DNA of 64,000 nucleotides from Gammaproteobacteria bacterium (GCA_038114285.1 JAYNQN010000007.1:4786-68785), one strand, 5' to 3'. Shown: positions 14,401 to 28,343, counted from the first letter of the stretch. Made by a program: numbers and translations. Notes: a model not told the origin generated them from the letters alone.

Positions 14401-14535
14401 TTATGCAGAAAGGCGCTTTCTGCCTTTTGCTCTTCTTGCGTTTATTACTGCTCTGCCGCCACTTGTGCTCATTCTTGATCTAAAACCATGAGTTCTCTTT
14501 CTTTTTATTTTGCTTGGCTGATATGTTCTTTTCAT
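14401..14535 (-). CDS. rpmH: 50S ribosomal protein L34
   Basis: This gene is not in the ORF track. Reverse-strand translation gives [44 protein letters not shown]. Confidence 0.92.
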   Translation of the reverse strand: MKRTYQPSKIKRKRTHGFRSRMSTSGGRAVINARRAKGRKRLSA

Positions 14536-14624
14536 TTTGTTAATCCTTTGTATATTCTGCTCGCGACATTACTTCTATAGGCCATGTTTGTCAATAAATA
14601 CTTTATCACATATTTTTACATAAC

Positions 14625-14633
14625 TTATCCACA
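14625..14633 (+). promoter_or_regulatory. DnaA box TTATCCACA (perfect consensus) in the rpmH-dnaA spacer
   Basis: Exact 9-mer. A 2-mismatch box TTTTACACA follows at 14634..14642. Confidence 0.6.
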
Positions 14634-14665
14634 ATTTTTACACAGATTTGTTGATTTATTTCTTC

Positions 14666-14674
14666 TGTGGATAA
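14666..14674 (-). promoter_or_regulatory. DnaA box (TGTGGATAA, which is TTATCCACA on the minus strand)
   Basis: Exact 9-mer followed by gTATAATataat. This is a likely autoregulated dnaA promoter and part of oriC. Confidence 0.6.
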
Positions 14675-14729
14675 GTATAATATAATCTAAAAATAACAAT
14701 AATTCATAAAAAAACGAGGGATAAAAATA

Positions 14730-16046
14730 ATGCAGCCTGGTTTCTGGGAAGAATGTCTTATAGATCTTCAAAATAATTTTGACGAACAGCAATTTAATAC
14801 TTGGGTAAGGCCACTTCAAGCCATTACAAAAAATAAGATGATTATGATTACAGCGCCAAACCAGTACGCTGTTGATTGGGCCAATGAAAATTTAAAAGAA
14901 TATTTTATAAAACGGCTTCAAAACTCTGATTATAGTTTTAATTTTGAAGTTGGGGGAATATCGCAGAATTTAGATACAAATAACCATATTATAGAAGAAG
15001 ATAAAAGAAATTCTTTTAATAATAACCCTAAGTTTTCGTCGGGCTATACTTTTGATAACTTTGTTACAGGCAAATCTAACGAGTTCGCTAGAGCATCAGC
15101 CCTGCAAATATCAAACAATCCAGGAAAGTCTGCCAACAACCCATTTTTTATATATGGTGGTGTGGGATTGGGCAAAACCCATCTTATGAACGCCATTGGA
15201 AACAACATTCTTAAACACAATAAAGAAGCAAAAATTTTATACTTACATTCAGAAAAATTTGTTGCTGACATGGTTAGGGCTCTACAACACAATAAAATGG
15301 ATGACTTCAAAGAGTACTATAGATCTGCTGATGCTTTGTTAGTAGACGATATTCAGTTTTTTGCTGGTAAAGAGCGTTCGCAAGAAGAATTCTTTCATAC
15401 CTTCAATGCTTTGCTAGAAGAAAATTGCCAAATAGTTCTAACTTGTGACAGATATCCAAAAGATGTTAACGGGCTAGACGAAAGGCTTAAATCTAGATTT
15501 GGCTGGGGTTTGTCGCAATCTATAGAGCCGCCCGAACTAGAAACACGTGTCGCAATACTTCAAAAAAAGGCTGCCTCCATAGGAACAAGGCTGGACACAG
15601 ACGTGGCTTTTTTTATTGCAAAATGCATACAATCAAACGTTAGAGAGCTTGAGGGCGCTTTGCGTAGAGTAGTCGCCAACTCTCAGTTTACTGGGAAAGA
15701 GATAAATTTAGCATTTACAAAAGAAGCGTTAAGAGACCTTATATCTTTACAAAACAAAATGGTATCTATAGATAACATCCAAAAAACTGTAGCCAATTAT
15801 TATAAAATAAGAATGTCAGACCTTCTTTCTGCAAAAAGGAACAGGTCTTTAGCAAGGCCCAGACAGCTTGCAATGTCATTAGCAAAAGAACTAACTAATC
15901 ACAGTCTTCCTGAAATAGGAGACGCTTTTGGCGGCAGAGACCATACAACTGTTTTACATGCTTGTAAGAAAATCTCTGAAATAAGTCTAACTGACAACAA
16001 GATAAAAGAAGATTTAATTAATTTAAGGAGGGCTTTAAGCACATAA
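14730..16046 (+). CDS. dnaA: Chromosomal replication initiator DnaA
   Basis: 438 aa with an AAA+ [10 protein letters not shown] motif and a C-terminal DNA-binding domain. Confidence 0.97.
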   Translation: MQPGFWEECLIDLQNNFDEQQFNTWVRPLQAITKNKMIMITAPNQYAVDWANENLKEYFIKRLQNSDYSFNFEVGGISQNLDTNNHIIEEDKRNSFNNNPKFSSGYTFDNFVTGKSNEFARASALQISNNPGKSANNPFFIYGGVGLGKTHLMNAIGNNILKHNKEAKILYLHSEKFVADMVRALQHNKMDDFKEYYRSADALLVDDIQFFAGKERSQEEFFHTFNALLEENCQIVLTCDRYPKDVNGLDERLKSRFGWGLSQSIEPPELETRVAILQKKAASIGTRLDTDVAFFIAKCIQSNVRELEGALRRVVANSQFTGKEINLAFTKEALRDLISLQNKMVSIDNIQKTVANYYKIRMSDLLSAKRNRSLARPRQLAMSLAKELTNHSLPEIGDAFGGRDHTTVLHACKKISEISLTDNKIKEDLINLRRALST

Positions 16047-16235
16047 ACAAATCATGTGGTAAACCTGTTTATAGTTCTTTAACAAACTGGTATACATTGA
16101 AGCAGACAAATAAAAATAACATAATTAAAAAAGATATTAACAATTTAATATAATTATAAGCAACTGTATTTAATATGTTTTTTAATGATATAAACAAATA
16201 ATAAGCTAACTAATAATAAATATATATATAAAATT

Positions 16236-17348
16236 ATGAAATTAATAATAACTAAAGAAAATTTAATTAAAGCTATGCAAAAAGTTATTGGCGTAGTTGA
16301 AAAAAGGCAAGCTATGCCAATTTTGAGTCATATTCTTTTTATAAAGAAAGATAATGATTATGAAATTCATGCTTCTGATCTTGAGGTGCAACTTTCTTCT
16401 TCAGTGTTACTAGAAAGTGATTCTGAATTTACTAAAGAATTTACTGTACCAGGGAGAAAGCTATTTGATATATGCAAAGGTTTGCCAGATGAAGCTATTC
16501 TTGAAATTACAGACAAAGAAGAAGGCAAGCTTCAAATTAAGTCTAATCGCAGCAAGTTCATTCTGTCTGCACTTGACGCTAAAACTTTTCCGCTAATGGA
16601 AACAAACGACGAGGGTAATTTAAAAGCAAACGTTAAGGCTAACAAACTAGCAGAAATTATAGAAAAAACATCTTTTGCAATGGCTCAGCAAGATGTTAGG
16701 TATTATTTAAATGGTTTATTTTTAAATTTTTCAAACCAAGAGATTTTTGGTGTAGCAACGGATGGGCATAGATTGGCTAAATCAGGCTCAGAGGCCGAAG
16801 AAAACATAGAAGAGGCCACTAGCGCAATTGTCCCAAGAAAAGGAATTATAGAAATAGAAAAACAAATTAAGGAAGAAAAAAACAGCGTTCAAATAAGCAT
16901 TTCTAAAAATCATCTACAAGTAGCAAGTGACGGGTGTCAAGCTATTACCAAGCTTATTGATGGCAAGTTTCCTGATTTTGAAAAAGTTATTCCTGCCAAC
17001 CTAGACAAGTTAATAGTTGTTGATTGTAAGTTATTTAAGGATGCTCTTTTGCGGGTTTCTATTTTGTCTAACGATAGGTTTAGAGGAGTTAGGTTAAATT
17101 TCGTAGAAAACGAAATACAAGTTTCTGCAAATAACCCTGAGAAAGAAGAAGCATCGGACAATATTAAGTCTGTGTACACCGGTGAGCCTATAGAGATCGG
17201 GTTTAATGTGAATTATCTTATTGATGTGCTTAATGTAATAAAAACAAAAAATGTTCAAATTGCAATTAAAGACGCAAACAGCAGTGCTTTGTTAGCCCCA
17301 GAAAACGATAGCGCCTCAAGTTATGTAGTAATGCCCCTTAGATTGTAA
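16236..17348 (+). CDS. dnaN: DNA polymerase III beta sliding clamp
   Basis: 370 aa encoded downstream of dnaA. Confidence 0.95.
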   Translation: MKLIITKENLIKAMQKVIGVVEKRQAMPILSHILFIKKDNDYEIHASDLEVQLSSSVLLESDSEFTKEFTVPGRKLFDICKGLPDEAILEITDKEEGKLQIKSNRSKFILSALDAKTFPLMETNDEGNLKANVKANKLAEIIEKTSFAMAQQDVRYYLNGLFLNFSNQEIFGVATDGHRLAKSGSEAEENIEEATSAIVPRKGIIEIEKQIKEEKNSVQISISKNHLQVASDGCQAITKLIDGKFPDFEKVIPANLDKLIVVDCKLFKDALLRVSILSNDRFRGVRLNFVENEIQVSANNPEKEEASDNIKSVYTGEPIEIGFNVNYLIDVLNVIKTKNVQIAIKDANSSALLAPENDSASSYVVMPLRL

Positions 17349-17349
17349 A

Positions 17350-20780
<3,431 letters not shown>

Positions 20781-20807
20781 AACAAAGACAAAGGAAAGAA
20801 GTTAAGA

Positions 20808-22850
20808 ATGGAAAGAAAAAGTAATTCTCTAATTAATAATAATGTTTTGCCCCCTTTTGCTAGTTTAAAAACTAAAGATATGTTTAAAGCGATTAAGTAT
20901 CTTGTGGGTGAAAATAAGAAAACAATAAGTTCCTTAGAAAATAAAAAAAAACTCACTTGGTCAAATTTTATTTATAAAATTGAAGAATCAGACGATAAAA
21001 TTTCAAAGGCATGGGCGCCAGTAAGACATCTAAATTCTGTAATGAATGATTCAAAAATTAGAAAGCAATATGAAAAGAGTTTAGCATTATTGACTTCACA
21101 CTATGGAAAAGTTGGACAAAATAAAAAACTCTTCAAACAATATGAAAAATTTTATAACGAGAACAAAAAATTATTGAAGCCCTCTCAAAAAAAATTATTA
21201 ACAAATATTTTAAATGACTTTAGGCTTTCTGGCGTTCATCTTGATTCAGAAAAAAGAAAGCTGTATAGAGAGTGCCAAGAAAAATTAGCAAATATAGAGT
21301 CTAAGTTTGAGCAAAATATTTTGGACTCTACAAACTCCTGGGAAAAAAATTTTAAAACAAATAAACAGCTCAAAGGCATACCAATAAATTCTTTGGAAAT
21401 AGCATCTGAAGTTGCAGCGTCAAAAAAACAAAAAGGCTATACCTTAACCTTAGATCAACCTTGCTATTTAGCTGTGATGACCTATGCTGATAATCAAGAG
21501 TTAAGAAAAACACTTTATATGGCTTATGCAAGCAGAGCATCAAGTAAATTTCCAGTAAAGGGAAATTGGGATAACACAAAAAATATTGAAGAAATTTTAG
21601 TATTGAGGCAAACAATGTCACAACTTTTAAGCTTTAATAATTATGCGGAGTATTCGCTGGCAACTAAAATGGCAAAATCTCCAGATGAAGTTATAAGTTT
21701 TTTAAATAATTTGAAAATTAAGGCAATAAAAAAATCAAAAAAAGAAATTCATGTATTAAAAAACTTCGCCAAAGAAAAACTAAATATAAAAAAATTAAAT
21801 CCTTGGGATCTTGCTTATGTTTCTGAAAAATACAAAGAAGAAAATTTTGGTTTTTCACAGGAAGAGCTTAAAAAGTATTTTCCAGTGGAAAATGTAATCG
21901 AGGGTCTATTTAAGTTAGTTAAAAACCTTTATGGCATAAAAGTTGTATTGAAAAAATCAAAAAATGTATGGCATCCAGATGTTCGTCTATATGAAATTTA
22001 TGATAAAAGTAAAAATCTTCGTGGTAAATTTTATTTTGATCTTTATGCAAGACCAAATAAAAGAGGTGGGGCATGGATGGACGAATGTATTCAGCGAAGA
22101 AAAAAATCAAATGGGTCCATTCAATCGCCAGTCGCTTTTATTACATGTAATTCAAGTCCCCCAACAAAGACAAGCCCGGCTTTTTTTAGTCATTATGATG
22201 TTGAAACTTTGTTTCATGAATTTGGTCACGGTTTACAACACATGTTAACAAAAGTTGATTACGCTGGAATCTCAGGGATCTCAGGAGTTGAATGGGATGC
22301 CGTTGAATTGCCAAGTCAATTTATGGAAAATTGGTGTTGGGGAAAAGAAGTTCTTGATACATTTGCCTATCATTACAAAACAAAAGAAAAATTGCCTACC
22401 TCGTTATTTAAAAAATTATTATTAACAAAAAACTATAATTCTGGTCTCGCATTATTAAGGCAAATCGAGTTTTCTTTGTTTGATTTTTTATTACATATGA
22501 ATGATAAAAAAGATAAGAAAAATTTGGCAAACATTATTTTAAAAAATGTCAGAAAAGAAACATCTGTGTTGCCAATACATAAAAGCAATATGTTCCAAAA
22601 TAGTTTCGCGCATATATTTTCTGGCGGCTATGCTGCAGGTTATTATAGTTATAAGTGGGCCGAAGTTTTGTCAGCAGATGCTTTTATGGCATTTAAAGAA
22701 AAAGATCTGGTTGATAAAAAAGTAGGTAAAAACTTTATGAAAACAATTTTAGAGACAGGTGGCTCTAAGTCTGCGTTAGATCTCTTTGTTGATTTTAGAG
22801 GAAGAGAACCAAAAATAGATCCGTTATTAACAAGCCTTGGATTAAAATGA
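20808..22850 (+). CDS. prlC: Oligopeptidase A (M3 family)
   Basis: 680 aa with an HEFGH zinc motif. Confidence 0.85.
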   Translation: MERKSNSLINNNVLPPFASLKTKDMFKAIKYLVGENKKTISSLENKKKLTWSNFIYKIEESDDKISKAWAPVRHLNSVMNDSKIRKQYEKSLALLTSHYGKVGQNKKLFKQYEKFYNENKKLLKPSQKKLLTNILNDFRLSGVHLDSEKRKLYRECQEKLANIESKFEQNILDSTNSWEKNFKTNKQLKGIPINSLEIASEVAASKKQKGYTLTLDQPCYLAVMTYADNQELRKTLYMAYASRASSKFPVKGNWDNTKNIEEILVLRQTMSQLLSFNNYAEYSLATKMAKSPDEVISFLNNLKIKAIKKSKKEIHVLKNFAKEKLNIKKLNPWDLAYVSEKYKEENFGFSQEELKKYFPVENVIEGLFKLVKNLYGIKVVLKKSKNVWHPDVRLYEIYDKSKNLRGKFYFDLYARPNKRGGAWMDECIQRRKKSNGSIQSPVAFITCNSSPPTKTSPAFFSHYDVETLFHEFGHGLQHMLTKVDYAGISGISGVEWDAVELPSQFMENWCWGKEVLDTFAYHYKTKEKLPTSLFKKLLLTKNYNSGLALLRQIEFSLFDFLLHMNDKKDKKNLANIILKNVRKETSVLPIHKSNMFQNSFAHIFSGGYAAGYYSYKWAEVLSADAFMAFKEKDLVDKKVGKNFMKTILETGGSKSALDLFVDFRGREPKIDPLLTSLGLK

Positions 22851-23617
22851 AAATAGCCTCATGGAATGTAAATTCACTTAGAGTAAGACTGCCGCAAGTT
22901 CTTTCATGGCTTCAAGAAACAAATGTTGATATTTTAGGCATTCAAGAAACAAAAGTAGAAGACGACTTTTTCCCAATAAATGAAATAAAAGAAGCTGGTT
23001 TTTTTTGTGAGTATATAGGTCAAAAAACTTATAATGGTGTTACAACAATTAGCAAAATTCCTCCAGATGAGTCTGTGAAGTTGATAAATGGGAAAGAACA
23101 AGACCAAAAAAGATTTTTAGTAACTAGGTATGGCAATGATTTAACTGTGCTAAATTTATATGTCGTTAATGGGCATGAAGTGGGTTCAGATAAGTACGAT
23201 TATAAGCTCGCATGGTTAAGAGACGTTATGAATTTTATAAAAAAAGATATGAAAAAAACAAAATATTATTTGATTCTTGGAGATTTTAATATTGCACCTA
23301 GTGACGAAGATATTTATGATCCAGCAGCATGGAAAGGAAAAATATTATGCAGCGAAAAAGAAAGAGCTTCTTTAAAAAATATTTTAAATTTGGGCTTTAA
23401 AGATAGCTTTAGACTATTTGATCAAGAAAAAGAACTTTATAGCTGGTGGGATTATAGAACAGGCGCTTTTAGAAGAAACAGAGGGCTGAGAATTGACTTG
23501 ATTTTAACTAATGAATCTTTATCAAAAAAGTGTTCTTCAAGCTATATTGATCTTGCCCCAAGGAAAAACGAGCGCCCCTCAGACCATGCTCCAGTTGTGT
23601 CAGTTTTTGATTTGTGA
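22847..23617 (+). CDS. xthA: Exodeoxyribonuclease III
   Basis: 256 aa with an EEP-fold N-terminus MKIASWNVNSLRVR and C-terminal SDHAPV. Confidence 0.85.
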   Translation: MKIASWNVNSLRVRLPQVLSWLQETNVDILGIQETKVEDDFFPINEIKEAGFFCEYIGQKTYNGVTTISKIPPDESVKLINGKEQDQKRFLVTRYGNDLTVLNLYVVNGHEVGSDKYDYKLAWLRDVMNFIKKDMKKTKYYLILGDFNIAPSDEDIYDPAAWKGKILCSEKERASLKNILNLGFKDSFRLFDQEKELYSWWDYRTGAFRRNRGLRIDLILTNESLSKKCSSSYIDLAPRKNERPSDHAPVVSVFDL

Positions 23618-23682
23618 GAATTAGACATGAAACAAAATAATGATAATATATTACTAATCTTAATTATTTCAAATCTATAACA

Positions 23683-24309
23683 ATGAGATCAATATTAGTT
23701 CTAAATTCAAAAGGTGGGTCAGGCAAAACAACAATAGCAACGAACTTGGCTAGCTTCTATGCTTCAATAGGAAAATCTGTTGCGTTGGTAGATTTAGATA
23801 GCCAAGAGAGCTCTATCAGCTGGCTCAAGGCCAGATCATCTGCAAAACCGCCAATTATTGGCATCAAAGGCTATGGTGAAAAGGTAAAAAGAGGCGTAGA
23901 TTACAGAATAATTGATGCTCCTGCAGGTTTGCAAGGCGCAGCACTTACAAAAGTTTTAAACATGGCAGAGAGTGTCATTATACCGGTTTTACCTTCACCC
24001 ATTGATATGAGAGCGGCTGGTGAATTTATAAAAAATATTAAAAAGCATTCTAGGGTTGTAAAAAAGAAATCAAAAATTGCCCTTGTTGCTAACAGGGGAA
24101 GAGATTATACCAATATTTATTGGGAGCTTGATGATTTTCTAGAAAACCAAAAGATACCTTTTTTAACAATGGTGAGAGACAGTCAAAATTATATTAGAGG
24201 CGCAGAAAAAGGGCTTGGAATTTATGAAATGGGGCCCGCAATGACTGAGGTAGATAGAACTTATTTTGAGCCAATTATTGATTGGCTAAATAGTAAGAAA
24301 AGTAGATAA
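23683..24309 (+). CDS. Orphan ParA/MinD-family ATPase (small, 208 aa)
   Basis: Deviant Walker A NSKGGSGKTT. There is no adjacent ParB-like partner. Confidence 0.7.
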   Translation: MRSILVLNSKGGSGKTTIATNLASFYASIGKSVALVDLDSQESSISWLKARSSAKPPIIGIKGYGEKVKRGVDYRIIDAPAGLQGAALTKVLNMAESVIIPVLPSPIDMRAAGEFIKNIKKHSRVVKKKSKIALVANRGRDYTNIYWELDDFLENQKIPFLTMVRDSQNYIRGAEKGLGIYEMGPAMTEVDRTYFEPIIDWLNSKKSR

Positions 24310-24378
24310 TCAGCGTATTATTAGCGGGCGTATACAAGGTTTCTTTTCAAAAAATTGATTAAGTAATGTGTAATAATT

Positions 24379-24681
24379 TTATTCTGCACATTGGTTTTCG
24401 TCACATTTGACAACAAGCTTTTTAGATTTTGTAACACAGGTTACTTCATATAATAAAATATTTTTGTCTTTTGTTTCTATTGGTTTTGCACTAGAACCAC
24501 TAATGCATCCATTTTTTTCTAAATAATCTTTTAATTTAGTTTTTCCTGTTTTAAAACTTTTCTTTTCATTTTCTTGGTGTTCTCTGGTGCCCTCTTTTAA
24601 CCAATCTTTTATATCTGTGGTAGAGGAACATCCTGAAAATAAAAAAGTAAAGATAGTTAATAATAAAATTTTTTTCATCAT
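24379..24681 (-). CDS. Small lipoprotein with a C-terminal Cys motif (paralog of the next gene)
   Basis: Signal peptide with lipobox LFSGC. The likely start is MMKKILL at 24681, not the track start at 24720. The C-terminus reads LYEVTC-x10-C-x5-C. Confidence 0.5.
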   Translation of the reverse strand: MMKKILLLTIFTFLFSGCSSTTDIKDWLKEGTREHQENEKKSFKTGKTKLKDYLEKNGCISGSSAKPIETKDKNILLYEVTCVTKSKKLVVKCDENQCAE

Positions 24682-24682
24682 G

Positions 24683-25537
24683 TTATTGAAGGACCTCACA
24701 TCCGCTTGGGCTGCAGTCAAAAATCATTCTTTTGATTTCTTTGATACAATTAACTTCGTATAACTCTCTTTTTTTTGTTTTTTTAACTAAATTTATTTCG
24801 GTTGCTTTATGGCACGAGTACTCGTCAATAAGTTTTTCAGCAACTTTGCCAATATATACCTTCTTCTTTTTCTTAGTAATCTCTATTTTGTTTTCTAATA
24901 AATTTTCTTTAAGAACAGATTCTTGTGGCTTACTAGAAACGTCATCAAAATCTATATCTAATTCATCTGTTTGCTTGTTACTGGCAATGAATTCTTTGTT
25001 GTCAGCTATCGCGAAACCAATTATGTCGTTTTTGTATGCTGCTAAATGATTTTTTAAATAACTATTAAATGCAAAATATTCTTTATCTATAAAGCTATTA
25101 CAATTCTTTGGACAATCTGCAGAAATTTTAATTATATTCGTTTTTCCGTTTGGTATTTTTATAACTTTGAATGTAATTTTATCAGCTTTCTTTTTTCTGG
25201 GATTAATCGCAGTCTCTATCAAATTATTTGTATCTGTTTTTAAGGTTGATTTATACGTTGATTTTTCAGTTAACCATTTTTTCGCAGTATCCCATAGTAA
25301 TGCACACTCAGTAGCGTCATAACATTGGGCAAAATCTTCAGCCCCCTCATCTATTTCTGCGCTGCTTAGATCATCATCATCTTCATATCCGTCATAATTA
25401 TTATCTAAAACTCGTTTGTATGAATAAGGCTCAAGCTCAAGATTGTCCTCACTGCCAAAATCTGGCAAAGATAAAGTACAGCCAGACACTAAAAAAACTA
25501 AGCCCATAACAAATGCTTTATAAATACTATTATTCAT
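24683..25537 (-). CDS. Lipoprotein with an acidic linker and the same C-terminal Cys motif
   Basis: Lipobox LVSGC and a D/E-rich segment. The C-terminus reads LYEVNC-x10-C-x5-C. Confidence 0.5.
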   Translation of the reverse strand: MNNSIYKAFVMGLVFLVSGCTLSLPDFGSEDNLELEPYSYKRVLDNNYDGYEDDDDLSSAEIDEGAEDFAQCYDATECALLWDTAKKWLTEKSTYKSTLKTDTNNLIETAINPRKKKADKITFKVIKIPNGKTNIIKISADCPKNCNSFIDKEYFAFNSYLKNHLAAYKNDIIGFAIADNKEFIASNKQTDELDIDFDDVSSKPQESVLKENLLENKIEITKKKKKVYIGKVAEKLIDEYSCHKATEINLVKKTKKRELYEVNCIKEIKRMIFDCSPSGCEVLQ

Positions 25538-25986
25538 TGATAGAAATTATATTAAAATTTAAAAAGGCAATAATACATGTTTAAATCATAAAATAAAGAA
25601 CCATAAATGAATATAACCCTTTCTTATATAAGCTATGTATTGTATGTAAACTATTGTTTTATATAGTATATTATCTTTATTTAAATATATTAATTTAGAA
25701 ATTAATTATAAGCTATATTAGTAAATTCTTATATATAATTGATTTTGCTAGATTTATTGCACTATAAAAAGGCATTTTATGTTGACTTGACGGTAAAGAA
25801 CGGTCAAAATTGACAAATCCTGCAGTAATGCGGGAAGTGCTATTGACAAGGAGAAGTCTTATTTCTTTTATTTTTTTAATAAAGAAATATTATAACAAGA
25901 AGTATAAATAGCATTTAAGTGGGGGAGTATTTAGTTATTGCTTGATGTTCCTCTTAAAATAATTAAGACAATTATTAGGAGTCCTA

Positions 25987-27315
25987 ATGAAAATAAAAAT
26001 CTTAGCAAGTATGCTAGCCGGAGCATTGGCCATGCTTCCAGTTACTGCTAACGCAGGCTGGGGTGGCGGTGGAGTTGGACCTTACGGGGATCCAATTACA
26101 ATCTACGGATGGCAAAACCATACTTATGAGATCGTAGAATCTGGTGCGGAAGGTTCGCAAACAGATAGAACTATGATTAACGGTAATGCTGGTAACATTG
26201 GTTTTCTTGGTTTCGTTGATACAGGAATCGAAGGCTTAAAAGTTACATGGCGTTGTGAACAGTTCACATACATGAACGACTACGCTGGTACAGGTGGTTG
26301 GTGTAACCGTAACTCTAAAGTAGGTATTTCAGGATCATTTGGTGAAGTTATGTTCGCTAACTGGTTACTACCTTACAACGAAATGGTAGCAGCTTGGGTA
26401 GATCCATGGTATGACGCAGGTTCTGCATCTCATACAAACATCATGGGTTCTGTTGGTGCATACACAATCTTCTATAACTTAGGTGATTTTGGTTCACAAA
26501 CATTCGTTTCATACAGCGCATACAGCGGTTTATACAACCAAGGTTTCAACAGACGTCAAGAAGAAATTCTTCAGTACATGGGTTCTACAGGAAAATTCTC
26601 TTATAGAGCTGCTATTACTGCTGACATGAAATCTGAAAACGCAGATGCTAGAAGTGGTGGTAAAAAAGATCCATACATCTTCTCTGCAGGTATCGCATAT
26701 AGCGATGGTCCTTTCTGGGGTGCTGTAACATACCAAAGACATGAGTCATGGGCTGCAACAACATTGCATGCAAGTGGTTCAAAATCTGTAATGGATGATT
26801 CAGAAGCTGAATCATATCGTATCGCTGGACGTTACATCGCTGACTTAGGTAATGGCGGAAGCTTAACATTATCAGCAATGTGGGAAAACGTTGAGTACGA
26901 ATTTGACAACGTAACAACACCTGGTGCTGCATTACAAGCATTTGGTTTTGCAAGTTCAGTATTCGCTGGTGGTACACAAAACACAAACGTAAAATTTGAT
27001 AGAGATGCTTGGTTAGTATCTGGTAAATTTGCTCCAGGCGGAAACTTTGACTTCCGTTTCATGTATGCTGAAGCAGACGAGCTAGATGTTGAAGCTACAA
27101 GCTTATCAACAGATAACTCTAATCAAACTGGTGCTGACACAACATTATTTGGTGTGTTCTACGCATTAGGTGATTCTACAGAGCTAAACATTTCATACAT
27201 CGATGTATCTAACGATACATATGGTGCTTATGGAACAGGTATTAGTGCTATAGGATCTGGTACAACAAATAACCAAGTTGAAATTATCCAATTTGGTATT
27301 TTAACAATGTTCTAA
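25987..27315 (+). CDS. Outer-membrane porin-like beta-barrel protein
   Basis: Signal peptide ending ANA, amphipathic beta-strand periodicity and a C-terminal Phe (ILTMF). It has a long upstream leader and a strong terminator. Confidence 0.6.
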   Translation: MKIKILASMLAGALAMLPVTANAGWGGGGVGPYGDPITIYGWQNHTYEIVESGAEGSQTDRTMINGNAGNIGFLGFVDTGIEGLKVTWRCEQFTYMNDYAGTGGWCNRNSKVGISGSFGEVMFANWLLPYNEMVAAWVDPWYDAGSASHTNIMGSVGAYTIFYNLGDFGSQTFVSYSAYSGLYNQGFNRRQEEILQYMGSTGKFSYRAAITADMKSENADARSGGKKDPYIFSAGIAYSDGPFWGAVTYQRHESWAATTLHASGSKSVMDDSEAESYRIAGRYIADLGNGGSLTLSAMWENVEYEFDNVTTPGAALQAFGFASSVFAGGTQNTNVKFDRDAWLVSGKFAPGGNFDFRFMYAEADELDVEATSLSTDNSNQTGADTTLFGVFYALGDSTELNISYIDVSNDTYGAYGTGISAIGSGTTNNQVEIIQFGILTMF

Positions 27316-27340
27316 TATTTATTAGATCAATGTATCATAA

Positions 27341-27372
27341 GAACAGGCGCTGTAATGGCGCCTGTTTTTTTT
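27341..27372 (+). terminator. Rho-independent terminator
   Basis: The stem GAACAGGCGCC-ATTACAG-GGCGCCTGTTC is followed by T9. Confidence 0.75.
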
Positions 27373-27440
27373 TGAAGATATTAATAATAAAATGGTAGAA
27401 TATCTTTTTTAAAACGTAATGTGAAAAAGGAATATTTAAT

Positions 27441-28343
27441 ATGGTCAACATATTCAAGAAAAAAATACATAATAAATTTTTATTATTAGTAGTTTGTATA
27501 TTGCTTAATAACAATGTATATGCTGAATGTAAAAAAGAAGATGTTGATTATTATTTAGAAAAAGGATTTACAACTGAACAAGTTACAGCTTTATGCAGTG
27601 GTGATGTTAAAACAACTCCAAAAAAGCAAGAGTATAAAACTTTTAGTGATGAGTATGCAGATGAACAAGATGCAGAATATGTAAAAAAAATGCGTATCGA
27701 ACGACAAGTATTTTTTAAGTCAGCTTTAAATGCTCAAAACATTAAGATCAGAAGAAACATATTGTCATTTCATCTATATGAATGTTCAAGAGATGGACTT
27801 GCAAAGCCTGGCTCTGATTTAAATGTAAAGGGTTGTGCTACTGTCTTAGTAAGAATAAATCTTGCAAATGTTACCGTAGAAGAAAAAGTGTTTAAAGAAA
27901 AAGTCGTATTTGGTACAAAAAGTATATTGGTTAAAGGAGATGTAGTTTCTAAAATTATTGGCGGTCTTGAGGGATTGAGTGATTATGATAGAAAAGTTTT
28001 AAAAAGCAAAATAAGTGCTAGGCTGAGTAAAAACAAAGGCGAAGTGTTAGTTCCAATAAAAAGGGGTCTTAATTTTAGCTATGCTTTAGAATCATTTCAA
28101 GAAATTGTAGCCTTTCATAAAGGAGAAACTAATAAAAATAAATTAGGTGGAGATTTGGGTGGAGAGCTAGAAGTAGAGGACTTTGATAATACACAGGAAT
28201 ATATTATCGATGATGGTAAGAAAAAAATAAAACTATCAAATGATGAGAATGATACTATTGATGGAACATTGGTCTTTGATGATTTGGATACCTCATCGCC
28301 AAGTAGTAGTACTAATGAAATTCCAGATGATATATTAAATTAA
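27441..28343 (+). CDS. Secreted hypothetical protein with an acidic C-terminal tail
   Basis: 300 aa with an N-terminal signal peptide and a D/E/S-rich C-terminus. Confidence 0.4.
   Translation: MVNIFKKKIHNKFLLLVVCILLNNNVYAECKKEDVDYYLEKGFTTEQVTALCSGDVKTTPKKQEYKTFSDEYADEQDAEYVKKMRIERQVFFKSALNAQNIKIRRNILSFHLYECSRDGLAKPGSDLNVKGCATVLVRINLANVTVEEKVFKEKVVFGTKSILVKGDVVSKIIGGLEGLSDYDRKVLKSKISARLSKNKGEVLVPIKRGLNFSYALESFQEIVAFHKGETNKNKLGGDLGGELEVEDFDNTQEYIIDDGKKKIKLSNDENDTIDGTLVFDDLDTSSPSSSTNEIPDDILN

Noticed and set aside
14625-14819. 64-aa minus-strand ORF across the dnaA promoter and start
   Set aside because: It overlaps the DnaA boxes and the dnaA 5' end and has no coding signal. The region is regulatory.
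16047-16235. AT-rich dnaA-dnaN spacer as an alternative oriC
   Set aside because: The only DnaA-box-like motif has 2 or more mismatches. The rpmH-dnaA spacer has two perfect boxes.
26530-27062. Three minus-strand ORFs of 70-112 aa inside the porin gene
   Set aside because: They are antisense to a well-supported signal-peptide beta-barrel CDS.
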